A DNA stretch of 64,000 bases. It comes from a virus (Duplodnaviria; Caudoviricetes). The notes under the pieces are model-generated. The model was not told where the DNA came from. It did no database searches and was given only the letters and a program-made list of their open reading frames with translations. Shown one piece after another: positions 44,701 through 57,449 of the stretch. The first letter of the stretch is position 1, and each line of letters opens with the position of its first letter. The position numbers and the translations under genes were made by a program. The stretch covers positions 64,001 to 128,000 of the IMG/VR virus record IMGVR_UViG_3300031992_000016. One strand, given 5' to 3'.

Positions 44701-47700
44701 TTGTAAATGTTGCGTTAGAATCAAATTGTTCATGGCCAACCATATTGTCATCAGATGTTCTATCCTTATCATTTAAATTATAACGCATTTTAATTTGAGC
44801 ACTTGTATTAATTGGGTCATATGCCGCAGCACTCCAGTGAGAATCAAGATAATTAAATCTATTACGAATTAAAGACTAACGTTGTAATGAACGGTCACCT
44901 TGTAAGCAATAGAAATAATCAGATGTGATAACTGTTGAATGGTCAGGAGCAACATATCCTAAACCATTAATAGCTGGAGCAATATATTTATAAAATGCAT
45001 CGTAGTTCTTCATAGATTCAGACCATCTGTTACTACTTGCAGTTTCATAATATTGCGTAATCGCTTCTTGTGTTAAAGATTCACGAATTGCTTTATACAA
45101 GTTAGCAATTTCACGAGAGAAACACAACTGAACGTTATTCCATAAAACCGAACCATTACCAGAGAAAATAGAGTCTGTAGTTCCACTGGCAGAATAAACC
45201 TCAATATTAGCGACACCATTGTCGTCAAATACGGTTCTTGTTGTTAAAGGAGGAGTTGCATCAACATCATAATCCCAATAAACCTGACCAGAGTTATTAA
45301 TACCTAACTGCGTATCTAAGTCATAGAAAATAGGATACCAGATATAATCTCCGCCCTCACGTTCAGGACCCCAAGAAGCAAGCATCATATTCTTTTGACG
45401 AGAGTCATATAGTAAGAAGAATTCAGTGAATACAAAATAGAAAAGTACATAAGCCAAATTTAAATGTTCGCTAAATTCATTGCGGAACTTAGCTAAGCGG
45501 TATCTGTCATTATCAATAGTAAATTTCTCATATAATACGCTAGCATCAAAACCATCAATATCAATACTTAAATTTAATGTTATATATTTGACCCAATAAG
45601 TTGAATCACTATTATTAACATTAACAAAGGTAATACCTAAGTCATTTGCTAAATCAACGACATGAGAACCATAATGCCAACGCCAATTTGGTTCTTCATT
45701 AGTACCATCGTTACTATAAATAAAGCCTTGCTCACCAACATATTCTTCATTAGTATGTTCTTTATCATCGGTTTCTAAAGATTTTAAGAAACTCCAAATC
45801 TTACTTGAATCAGTAATTTCAAAAGTAATGTCTGCAGAATCTTTTAGGTTACTATTTTTAATTTCACCAGTTTTTGGATCAAGAGTTAAATGGTCTGTTA
45901 AATACGCACCCTTTTTAGTTACATGATTTGCAACTGTAATGGTAGCAGGAGTGTATTCATTTGTATCACTATCATAATGATAATATTCTACACCTGGTTC
46001 ATACTCAGTAGATAATGTACGATAATATTTTGTACCAATATCACGTACTGGCTGAGAAGCTTTTCTGCCAATATAAGAAGTAACGTCAGTCTAACGAATC
46101 CAATCCCAAAGTCTATGCAAGTTTTCAGTACGATTTACCCATTCAAAGGCATTACCATCGCCATCTTTACCAGAAACAACACCTGTACCTACCATTTCTG
46201 GATAACGCTGTTCAAAATGTTCAGAAATTTCATAATATTGAACTTCTTGTCCATTAATAGTAGTTGTACTTGTTGCTAACCAGTTATCTGCCACAGAGTC
46301 ATCTTGGAACTTACCATGACCAGCTTGATTTTGACGGAATTCCCAACATTCACAAACATCAGCATATGTAGGATTGGTAATTGTTTTCAATGTACCAGTC
46401 TTCATATTTTCTTTATAGTTAGGATCATCTTCATCATCATTGACTTTAGTTACTTGCAATGTGTGCAAATATTTATGAGTTGCTGGAATTACAGAAGGAT
46501 TATCATCAGATTCTTCTTGTGTAGGATCAAAATCTGGATTAGCCTTTTCCTCATAAGTAAAACCAAAAGTGTTTTCACATTCTTTATGAGTATTAATATT
46601 GTAACGTCCAACAAACTTAATGTCGCCTGCGCCATTTTCCCAGAATAATAAGATTGGGAAACCAAAAACAGTAGTACGATAATTTTCAGTAGCACCTTCT
46701 GGATCTAATCTCTTTAATGGGTGCCGCAAATCATAACCAGCACCTGAATAATTACCTGCCAAATAAGCAACTAAATTTGCGCCGGGAGTATTATGAGAAG
46801 AAGCACTATCCATATAATCAGCTTTTAATACTAATGACTTATTTTGCATACTGAATGCGAAATCTTGTCCATTAATTTTAGTACCAATAACTATTGTACC
46901 TTTATTCTTATTTGGGTCAGTAGCATTAGGTTTAAACTTGATATATTTATTTTTTACTTTTAAATCCGCTTCGGTAATTGCAATATTGGCTTCATCACCA
47001 TCCCACCAACAAATTTGGAATGGATTTGGTTCTGCTACTTTATCTTTATCATTCCAGTCTGCTGAACCTTGCTTTAATTTAAGCTAGAAATTACGACGTG
47101 GATAACCTTGTGAAGAAGTACCTTGTACGTCAATAGTAACATTTGTAGCTTTCCAACAACGTTCTGGATCAAATGGATCATAATAACGAATATTACATCC
47201 GTACTTATCGCCCTTTTTATATGGCAATTCATCCATTAATTTTTTAACGCCGTCAATTTTATCAGTTTTAATTACCATAATAGGAATTAATTTTTTTGCT
47301 TTAGCGTTAGCGTATTCGATAAAGTTTTGCTTAGGATCTAAAATACCCTGGTTTTTATCATAACGCTCTTTTTTAATTCTCAATGTTGGGCCATCTGCGG
47401 TCCAGTTTTGAGTAATACTACTGAAAGGCAAGTCATTCTCATAAATACGAATATTATAAAGGTCAATATCGCAATAATCAGAATAAATATATAAACCTTC
47501 ACGACGTGTATTTGGATCCAAATTCTGCGCAAATGATTGCGTAAATGAAGAGTCTGCTGGGAAGGTTAAAATATTTGTAATAACGCCATTAATATAAGCA
47601 AAAATTACAGGCTTACCTAATGTTTTTGTTGAACCATCTTCCATCTTAAATGCTGGATTTTGAGAAACAACAAAAGAAACTTTAACACGAACATCATCTG

Positions 47701-49804
47701 TATAGCGTGCATTAACCAACAAAGATTTAGATAATGCCAAGAATGCTTCTTGAGTACCTAAGATTAAACCTTTATCAGAAGCATAATACTGTAAGAACGT
47801 GCCGCGGCCGTTAGTAGTAACTGTACGAGCAAGAACTTCACCACCAGTAAGCGGATTTTCTTGAGGTACTAAATTACCATCTTGATCAACAGCAAGACCT
47901 TTCTCATTAGCATGGTATTTACTCTCATCATAAGCAAATGCTTCTTGCAAATCGGAATCATAATATTTATATTTTCTTTCGCCATTCTCATCTACTTCAG
48001 TTAATTGCTCATAAGTTAAATAAACTGTTCTTGTTTCAATTAATCGTGAATAGTCTGTTGCATTATGAATAGCAAATTCAAATTCATAAGTTTGGTTACC
48101 GCCAGCACTAAAAACTGAGCAAGGAATAAATACAGATGCGCCATTAGATACTCTTAAACAAGTATTACCATCATCATCTTTCAACCAACCATTATTGTAC
48201 CAGTTAAAATTATTTAATTCAATTGGTGCATTTTCATATGATTGAGTTGTAAGATTATATGTCTTTAATATATTGTTGCTTGCTTTCTTTGCTGTATTAT
48301 TCCATTGAGCACGCTTAATTTTTGATTCATTATTAGAACGTCCAGTAGCAGATAATTCTAATACAGCATCTTTTTCAGGTTCAAGAGTGTATTGTGAATT
48401 ACGTGTTATTGTTACTTCAGTCGTCCAAGAAGTTTGACCAGCAACAATAGTAAATACGTTTTGTCCTAATTGATAATTACCAACTTCCCAATAGTTATAA
48501 TCATTAGGATTATATGCTACATCTAAAGAACTAACTTCTTCACCATTAACATAGAAGAAGACTTCTGTAGAAGCATTATTAGAAGGATCAACTACCATAT
48601 AAGGAATGGTAATTAAAGTATAGTTTTCAAAAGTCGCTTCATGTTGGAAAGGAGACCAAATAATTGGTGTTAAATTACCAGTAACGAACCAACCGATTTC
48701 ATAATGTAAGCCACTTGTAATAGGAATGGTTACACCATTTAATGTCATTGTCGCTTCGATGTCTAATGAATGATTACCGTGTGCGGCGTCAATAAACAAA
48801 TCTGCCAAAGGAACCGCACCACTGGCTGAAGTAACGTCTCTTGTAATAGTGCGTTCTGTCGTAAGTCCGCGATCAATGGTGGCTGATATTTTCATATTTG
48901 ACGTATCAATTAAAGCATTAAAATCAGTTTGACTCATAGAAGTATCATAGGTTACAGTATATGCATAATCAAAGTCATCTAAGGATTCTGCATTTTTTAA
49001 CTCACGAGGCTTCCAGAAAATTTCATTTGCAACCAAATGAATATCAATAACTTGAACATTTTCCCAACTCTTAGGAGATTTACGTCCATTAACAGTTGCA
49101 TATAGTTTTAAAATATTAGTACCTACACGCAAATAGTTATAAGGAATTTCAACCGTAGTTTCACCAGCATTAACATCGCAACGACCAATCATCATGGTTT
49201 CACGGAATGGTGCTACTGCTTCTTCGCTAGCATAGAACTCTACATATAAAGTACCATTATGACCTTCACGTGTTAAGCTATCTAAGATACGAGCTTTCAA
49301 AGTAATGCTTGTACCAGAAACAACCATTGCTAATGGACTTTCAGTAACTAATACGGTAACACCAGAAGATTGCTCGCCTTCTCCACCACCGCCACCAGTA
49401 CCAGCAACTAAAATTTTTGTAACATAGCAATTTTCATCATCAATATCTATAATACGATATAATGAACCATCTTTGTTTAAAATAATATCATTCGCTCCAT
49501 AGGTCTCCTATTTAACTCCCATTTCTTCATATGCTTCAGCAATACTTGAGCGAGGGAAGATATTTGATGCTGCACCGTGACCACTTGGAGCAGGCAATAA
49601 ACTTTCTACTTGTGAGCCATAGACAAATTTTATCCCAGATGCGCCAACAGAGTGTCTTAATCCGTCAGCATCATCAAAATAAAGACGCTCTGTGTCTGTA
49701 GTAAAATATACAGCGCCAGGAGTAGTTGGTAATCCATCAATCGCATGTTCAGTACCGCGATAAACAGAAAACGCATCTTGGGAAACAGAAGCTTTACTTG
49801 CCAT
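41759..49804 (-). CDS. giant virion protein (~2681 aa) with CotH-kinase-like domain, LRRs and InlB-B-like repeats
   Basis: Six track ORFs in one frame across TAG; QGTSSQGYP, LKADYMDS, GRYNIN, DSRQKN, YDLDTQLG; LRRs (LVDLSNLKQL, AFAYMPNLRHLDIP); FxGW repeats. Confidence 0.8.
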
Positions 49805-49827
49805 ACTTGTACTCCTTTCCTCTAAAT

Positions 49828-49863
49828 ATCATAGCCATAAGAATGAATTCTTATGGCTATGAT
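49828..49863. repeat. 17-bp inverted repeat in gene leader
   Basis: ATCATAGCCATAAGAAT-ga-ATTCTTATGGCTATGAT; no U-tract. Confidence 0.85.
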
Positions 49864-49878
49864 AATCTATATAATTAA

Positions 49879-51606
49879 TTAAAATGAACCCCAAACTAAA
49901 TTAATAGCAACACCATTACTATTTGTGCCTGCACTTAATGCCAATGAAGAAGATTCAATATAATGTGATGTCTTCTTATTGTTAGAACCATCGGCCAAAG
50001 TAAAGGTACTAATTAATTCAGCAGAATTTACATCAAGATCAACACTGTTGGCAATGTTAGTGATACCGCTACGAGTATCAGTAATAGTCATTGTCTCAGT
50101 TGTTAAACCATTAATATGACCAGAAGAATCATAAGTAACTCCAGTAACAAATGTTTTTTGCATTTGTACAACGCCATTAGTAGCTGTTGCGCCTACCATG
50201 GTTGAAGTAGAAGTAACTGGAGTAAATGTACTAGCAGCATGTCCAACACTTACAACTCTACCGGCACCAGAGCCAGTTGAAGATACAGTAAATTTATTAT
50301 CAAAATTAATAGTACCATAAGTATTATTATTACGAATTAATGTAATTTGGTTAGAATCGCTATCTGCATTGAACATATAAGTTGCAGTAACGTCTTCACC
50401 TGATCTTACATGAGTCCATTCAATACCATTCGCTGGTAAATAACCAGTAGTAGCATTTTCTGAATATCCATCTTTCGCACTCGCAATAACAATATCACCT
50501 GGTAAATATTGGTCTGCGCCAATAGTGAAACCTGACTAGACAGCATAAGTATCGCCAATTGAAATATTAGATGTCGGTAAAGCCGTAGTTGTAGAAGTCA
50601 ATCCACCTTTAAACGTCATCGCATTAACTGCGCCTAATAAAGAATCAACTTGGCTTGTACTATAAACATCTAAATCCCATGTTAAAGTAGTAACACGAGA
50701 CGTGCCATTACCAGTAGAATTTTCAGTTGCTTTAACAGTCGTTTTACTACCAGCTTGACCATACGAAATTTTTGGTGCCAATTTTGCACCAGACATATAA
50801 ACAGTGCCTTGAGGAGTACCACTAGAAGGTAAAGAAGCATACCATTTACCTTGTAAAATACCCTCTTCACCATCATAAGTTAAATACTCATCTTTACCAG
50901 TGGTAATAGTAACTGTACCTTTGGTATTTGTTGCATTAGACTCACTTAAACTAACGGCTGCACCGCCAGCACCTTTAATAGTAATATTACCAAGATTATC
51001 TCCACTACGGGTATTAGCTTGACCATTGCCAATTTTATACTCGGTTCCGATACTCAATAAAGTACCACCAGTTACCGCGGTAGCAGTTAATTTTGCAGTA
51101 TCTACTTCTGATTCTGCCGTAATTGCAGGAGAAGCAGTAGTGCTACTACTGTCCTAGGTAAATTTAACAGTACTGCTATCAACTAATCTATAATTAGTGC
51201 TTCTTAAAACATCATTACCATTCTTTAATGCTTGAGTAATAGTAATTTGCCCACCATCGGTATCTAAAGATGTTATAAAAGCACTGACATATTCAGTAAA
51301 TTCTTTTTGAGCATTAATCTGCTTCCATCTGGTTCCATCCCAAGCGCACAAAATATTTTCTGCTGCGATATAATAAATTGCATCTTTAGCTTTTGTATTA
51401 CCTTGTGTATCAGCTTGGAATGTAGCCCATGACTATGTTACTCTGACAGTATCGCCCAAACGAATACGTTGGAGACCTTTTGTGCCGCCAAAGTCATGGT
51501 CTAAATATATGGCTTGTTCATCAGTAGTAATTAAAATCTAACCATCTACTAGAGCAGCGCTGCTTAGATTATCTAACAAGCCTTTTTTAAAGACTACATT
51601 ACTCAT
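49879..51606 (-). CDS. tail/fibre structural protein, ~575 aa, with TAG
   Basis: AAGGAG RBS, MSNVVFKKG...; three track fragments in frame; Thr/Gly-rich. Confidence 0.7.
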
Positions 51607-51623
51607 GTACCATTCATCTCCTT

Positions 51624-52877
51624 TTAATTATTAATCGCTTCCCAGCGAAGCACAACCGCATCAACAGCAGTCTATACATATTCTTCTACAGTATTATATT
51701 GAATATTGTTAATAGTTAAATCTCCAATACGAGAATCCATACCACCAGCACCGCCAGCAGTAACCCATTCGCCTAAAGCATTTAATACTAAAGAAGATTT
51801 ATTGCCATTGCCACTATACACCGGAACAAGACCACTAGCTACGCCATTAAACGTTGGTAAAGTAACTGTATTATTAGTTTTAATTAAATTAATGTTTCCG
51901 ACTTTAACATTTGAAATATAATCTGCAAATAATCCTGTCGCAGGTTTCATCTCACCAGAAACACTATCTAATTCAGCAGGCTTACCAACTAATGATTCTA
52001 AAGTTGTAATTTTAGAATCTACTGCCGCAACCTCGCGGTCAGTTGCATAGCCAGATAATACATCAGCAGTTTCAATCCACTCAGTGCCATTCCAAACATA
52101 GTTTTTATTATCAACAGTATAAACATCGCCATTAACAGGAGATAATTCATTTAATTCTTCTGCTTCTCCACGATATGTAAAAATTGAACCAACTGTTGAT
52201 TCTAACGCAGAAATGCGCTGAGTATTACTAGCATTTAGAACTTGTAAATCTGCAACCTCTCTCGCAAGGGCCGAAACATCTTCCGCAACTACCCATCCAA
52301 AAATTAAATTATTGTTATAGGTAATAATACGAGGAACAAGCCCATCGCGCCAAGGATGAGTGGCATCTACTGTAACCTTAACGTATTGTTGAGTTGAAGT
52401 ATTATAAGTATAATACTCAACTTCAAATCCTTTAAGACTTAAAGCATTGTTATGATTGACAATAGTTTCATCATCAACGGCACCCAAAGCACTTTCAGAA
52501 AGGGCAGTTTCCAGATTTTTACCATTAGAAAGAATAACATTCTAAGCAGCAATTCGCTCATTTAAAATAACCCAAGTAGTACCAGTCCATAAACCAGTCA
52601 TAATTGTATTATTTTTTCGCCATAAAACAATATCACCAACTACTTTTTCTGCATCCGCGCCAGCTGCTAAAATAAATACATCCGCTGCCGTTGCTGTGCT
52701 AGGTACAATCGCAGTATAATTAAATACACGCTATTTCGTTGAAATAAGCGTAGTACCCTTATATAATTCACCAGTGTCAGTAATAAAATATAAAATATTA
52801 TTTAACTTTTCTTCTAATGCATTATAATCCGCTTTTGTACCAACCCGAAATAGAACACGCTCTTCGTTGTCAGGCAT
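51624..52877 (-). CDS. tail structural protein, ~417 aa, with TAG
   Basis: MPDNEERVLFRVG...; FTYRG...GDVY...YVWNGTEW module; in frame with 51672..52487. Confidence 0.7.
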
Positions 52878-52948
52878 AACATTTTTCACTCCCTTTCTAT
52901 ATGGCTTGGTCTTTCTATTATATTCAAAATCACATAAGACAGATTAGT

Positions 52949-54697
52949 TTATCTCGCCCACATTGCTCCACGTACTTTATTATTTTCATCCATAGCCACA
53001 AACGTATTCCCAACAACAACAGGATAAGCAGTTGCCAATACTCCATTCTCACCAAGAACCCAATAAGAACTTACTTCTTCTTGCCAGTCTTCTAGCGCTG
53101 CCAATCTGTTTAAAATTGTGTCTTCATCTGCGTGTTTTTCTCCACGACCTAATAAAGCAATAACAGATGTTAAATCAATGCCTGATAAACTATTATAAAT
53201 ACCCCAAATAGTTGGTTCAGCATTTTCATTCATAGTATCTTGCGGCGTGCCAATTTGTGCCTATACATCAGCGATATCCTATGATAAAACATTCAACATA
53301 CCATAAATTGTAGCGGTATCTACATTTTCACTATCATTTTCACCAAGTAATCCTTCAATAATTTCTAAATCTTCATTGGCTTTAATTAATGTAGCATCTA
53401 AATGATCTAATTGATCAGAAACTTCCATACCTTTTGCTAATAAGCCACGAACAGTTGTTAAATCATATACTGGTGTCCATCCCTCAGGAGGTATTTGGTC
53501 TTTAGGAATGTATTGATCTGCATTATCTAAATCTTTATAATGCCATTCTCCGCGACCATTTTCTTCACGTTCGTGTCCCTCATAGCCAATTAATTCTAAC
53601 ATAGTATTCGCAATACCACGTAAAGTATAAGTATCTTTACCACCTGGGTCATTATGCGCAACCTCATAAGTTGAATTAATAGTAGTATCTCTTGGCGTTC
53701 TTCTTGTAACAAATTGACCTGAAGTTGTCTCGGTTGCAACACCCACTCCACTTCCATATACTACGTCCCATACCTAAGCAATAGTATTACCTATCTCAGC
53801 AAAATTAATATGTATGTCATATACATCTGGTAATGCCCCTGTTGCCGATGGGGAAGCAGAGCCTGAAGCAGCATTTATGTCGCGTGCATTATAAGGATAT
53901 GATTTATAATGAGTAGGTTGATAAGTAAGCCCAACATTTAAAAAAGAATTTTCTATTAAATTCTTATCACAATGCTCAAAAGGAGAAAATCCTTCCGTAT
54001 TATATTCTTTAATACTACCAATACGATACAATGGAGTTTGTGACATATGTAATTCATATGTCAAACCACTTTTAAGTAAATAAGGCGCACGAAGACGCTC
54101 ATTATTCATATTAACATTAACATAGCCACCAGTGAATGGAGCATCAATAATACATTCTACTTGTGGTAAATATTCATTCAAACTAGCGATTTCTCTATAA
54201 TAATATCCCTAATCTTTAGAATATAATTTAATAAATACTGAGTTATGCGCAGGTTCTAAACTATGTGTAATATCTTGAAATATATTATCAAAATATGTAT
54301 ATAAAGGATCAGCTTCATCAATTTCGGCTAAATTAAATTCTGCTCCCTCTTCCATACTACACATATGATAGCCACTATTTGTATAATAATAATATCTTGT
54401 TCTCCAAGAACCAGCCAATAAATTTTCATATACAACACCTGGTTTTGGATCAATTACATTATCAAATTGCGGACTTACTTGTGTATTCTGTGTATATGTA
54501 TGATAAAATGTTTTATTGTTATTATTATAATAACCTAAAACAGTTTCTGCTGCACCATAAGTCACTAAGGCATAACGACCTACTAATACTCCATCATCTT
54601 GATGCTGCATCAATTCCCACCGTGATGTATAAACCTTATCAAATACAAAAGTAGGTTGCTAAGGAGTTGTTAAATTACCATAAAAATTTTCAGGCAT
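52949..54697 (-). CDS. virion structural protein, ~582 aa, with TAG
   Basis: MPENFYGNL...FVFDKVY...DGVLVGRYALVTY; four fragments in frame. Confidence 0.7.
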
Positions 54698-54698
54698 A

Positions 54699-55046
54699 TT
54701 ATGATATTCCCTCCCCCGCATACATCATATCAATTATAATTGAAGGCACTGATTGCGCGGTTATATTTAAGTCAATACTACTATTATCAAATTGTAATAA
54801 ACGAATTAATGCTCCCGCACTTGCATCAATTTCCCAAATGCCAGATGGACCAATCATAATTGGATAGACATCATTATTAACAAAAAAACGTGTGCCTGGC
54901 GCAGCCTAAATGCCTAAACGAGTAATTGGATAAAATGGTTCAAATGCGGTGCCATTAACCAACTGCTCTCTTGTAATACCTGCAGGAACATTAATTAAAT
55001 TAGAATCTCCACCCCAGGTAATCTGATAAAAATTAATTGCATCCAT
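54699..55046 (-). CDS. small virion protein, 115 aa, 1 TAG (absent from ORF track)
   Basis: AAAGGAG RBS; MDAINFYQ...LGI*AAPGTRFFVN...IMIGPSGIWEID...TAA. Confidence 0.7.
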
Positions 55047-55064
55047 AAATTTTAAACTCCTTTA

Positions 55065-57449
55065 TCACAAAATATCATCAGTTACTCGTGTAGCCTAAAT
55101 CGACATTAAACCATCATGAGTAAAACTATAATTAAATGATTTAATTAAATATTCACCATAAATTTTAGTTTTTTCATCTTTCACAATTATTTTTGTATTA
55201 GGCTCTAAATAATATACTGGTACACACTATAAATTGATTGTTTCTTGATAAAAAGTATGTTGATATAATAATCCTTCTAATGTATCAACACAACTCTTCC
55301 CTCTTGTGCTAGTACGTAGTAAATTTTTAGCCCAATCTGGAATACGCAAAATGACATAATTAATAGTATCGTCAGTAGTGGTATAATTCTATATTAAATC
55401 TTCTGTATCAGTATCTTTAATATCTTCAAAAATAACATTTGGTACAGAATGATATGAAATTGCACGTACCTTATCATCGGTCAGCATTTGCTAACGATGA
55501 CCAATAACAGAACATTTAAATTTCTACATATCAGGATTGTCTTCCATAAAATCAAACCAAAATAATAAATTCTATGGATTAACTAATTTAACATATTCTT
55601 TACCATTAACTTGACCATACGTAAAAGCATTCGGATTCCATTTACCATTATTTATCCAGTTATTATATTCTGCCTAAGCATTTTCATATGCACTATAAGC
55701 GTTTTGATATTTTTTATCACTAGGATTTGGTGGCAATATATCTACATTATGTACTAAAGGCCAAAAAGCCAATACATCAGCATAATAGTCTTTATAACCA
55801 GTAGTATCTGTTGCTTCCCATCTTTCAACTTCTTTTCTACCAATAGACCATAATGCAGAACCAGCATTATTATTTGCCAATTTAGTAATTGTTGATTCTT
55901 TAACATGACTATCTTTCTATTGACGATCATAAGCCATAAAATAAATTAAATCACGCCAATCATAAGGCGTCTATACAACCTATTCTGTAATAGGTATCGC
56001 GCAAGGATCATGTGGGTCCGCAGCAATACGATCAAAATATTCCTAAGTACAATACCATTTTAAGTCTTCAATAATACCTGCTGTCGTGGGTTTTACTAAA
56101 CGAAAATATTTTAATGGCTTATCATCAATAGCATAACGCATATGAATTTTTCTTGTGCTATAAGAAGTAGTCTATTCTCCCCAAATAGAAAAATCATTTT
56201 TAATATTATCTAACTTAGGTGTATTCTAAAAACTACTAATTAAATTTGCAGAAGTAAATTGATAAGAATACTTACTTACATCCGCTGCGCTAGCATAATA
56301 ACGCTCTTTCCGCGCTTCACCTGTATTAGTAACTACTTCATTAGTAAAAGCAATATTACTATATACTAATTTGCGGCGAAACCGAAAACGACCATATACA
56401 TCATAAAAATATTCAAACTCACCGAGCATTTTTACAATCATATCTAGTGCTTTTGTTACTGGGTCACCAACAGATAAAGTTAAATCACCAGCATATGTTA
56501 AATCTGTCGGACGATAACCAATGGTTTCACCATATTCAGCACCAACTTCAAAATGATAACCAATATGATTATGAATAAAATTACCAGTTAAACTTTCATG
56601 ATATTTCATCCAAACTAATTTTTCTTCTAGCTTTTGACATTGCGTAAATGGAATTGTTTTTGCATACGCATATTTTTCATCATCAATCAACATCATTTGT
56701 GTTGTTTCACTTGATAAATCAAACATATTGTTGCCGTCTAATAACTCACCATACTCAACCGTTGAAGTAGTATTTAAAGTATAAATATTAAATACATAAA
56801 CATTCACATTTTTTGAGTTATTATCTAATAATTCAACAGCTACATCATCTACGTCTTCAATGATTATGTTACTATAAGGCTCACCTGCATAATCATGTGC
56901 AATACCTTTAACGATAGTACGTATATCTTCTTTTTCTTCTCCTTTATACATACCACCTTCATAGATATAAGTAGTGCCAAAATCATGTGCAGCAAAAACT
57001 TTCCCGCCAACAGTTCCATCTAATAAACACATTTTATCTTTGCCAGTAATATTAATCGTATATGTTTTATCATTTAATGTATGAGCAAAATTGGTAATTA
57101 CAAATGTGCCTTGCGGGAACCAAATAATATCAGGATATTTATCGTTAATAAAATTCTATAGTCCTATATAACATTTAAATTTTGTTTGTAATGTCCAATC
57201 AATTTCAGTGAAATTAATTTTATCATATTCACAAGTTAATTGAATTTGACAAGTGCGTCGCATTGCACTTTCACCTGTGACGTTAATAGAACCGCTAACT
57301 ACCTATCCTTCTAAAATACCTTTCGCTCGTTCATCAAAAGTTAATGCAATTAATCGACAATAAATAACTCGTACTGGATATTCGTCTAACTATTTCAAAA
57401 ACGTTTTATCCAATAGATACATAGAAGGATCATTTAATGCTGCTGTCAT
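55065..57449 (-). CDS. baseplate hub/tail-tip-like protein, ~794 aa, many TAG
   Basis: AGGAGG RBS, ATGA overlap; GSINV...RRTC, DKMCLLDGTVGG, EYFYDVYGRFRF, YYLEPN. Confidence 0.65.

Noticed and set aside
22436-49804. Diversity-generating retroelement or invertible shufflon in fibre genes
   Set aside because: No reverse transcriptase, TR/VR pair, invertase or inverted cassette seen; repeats are diverged at the protein level only.
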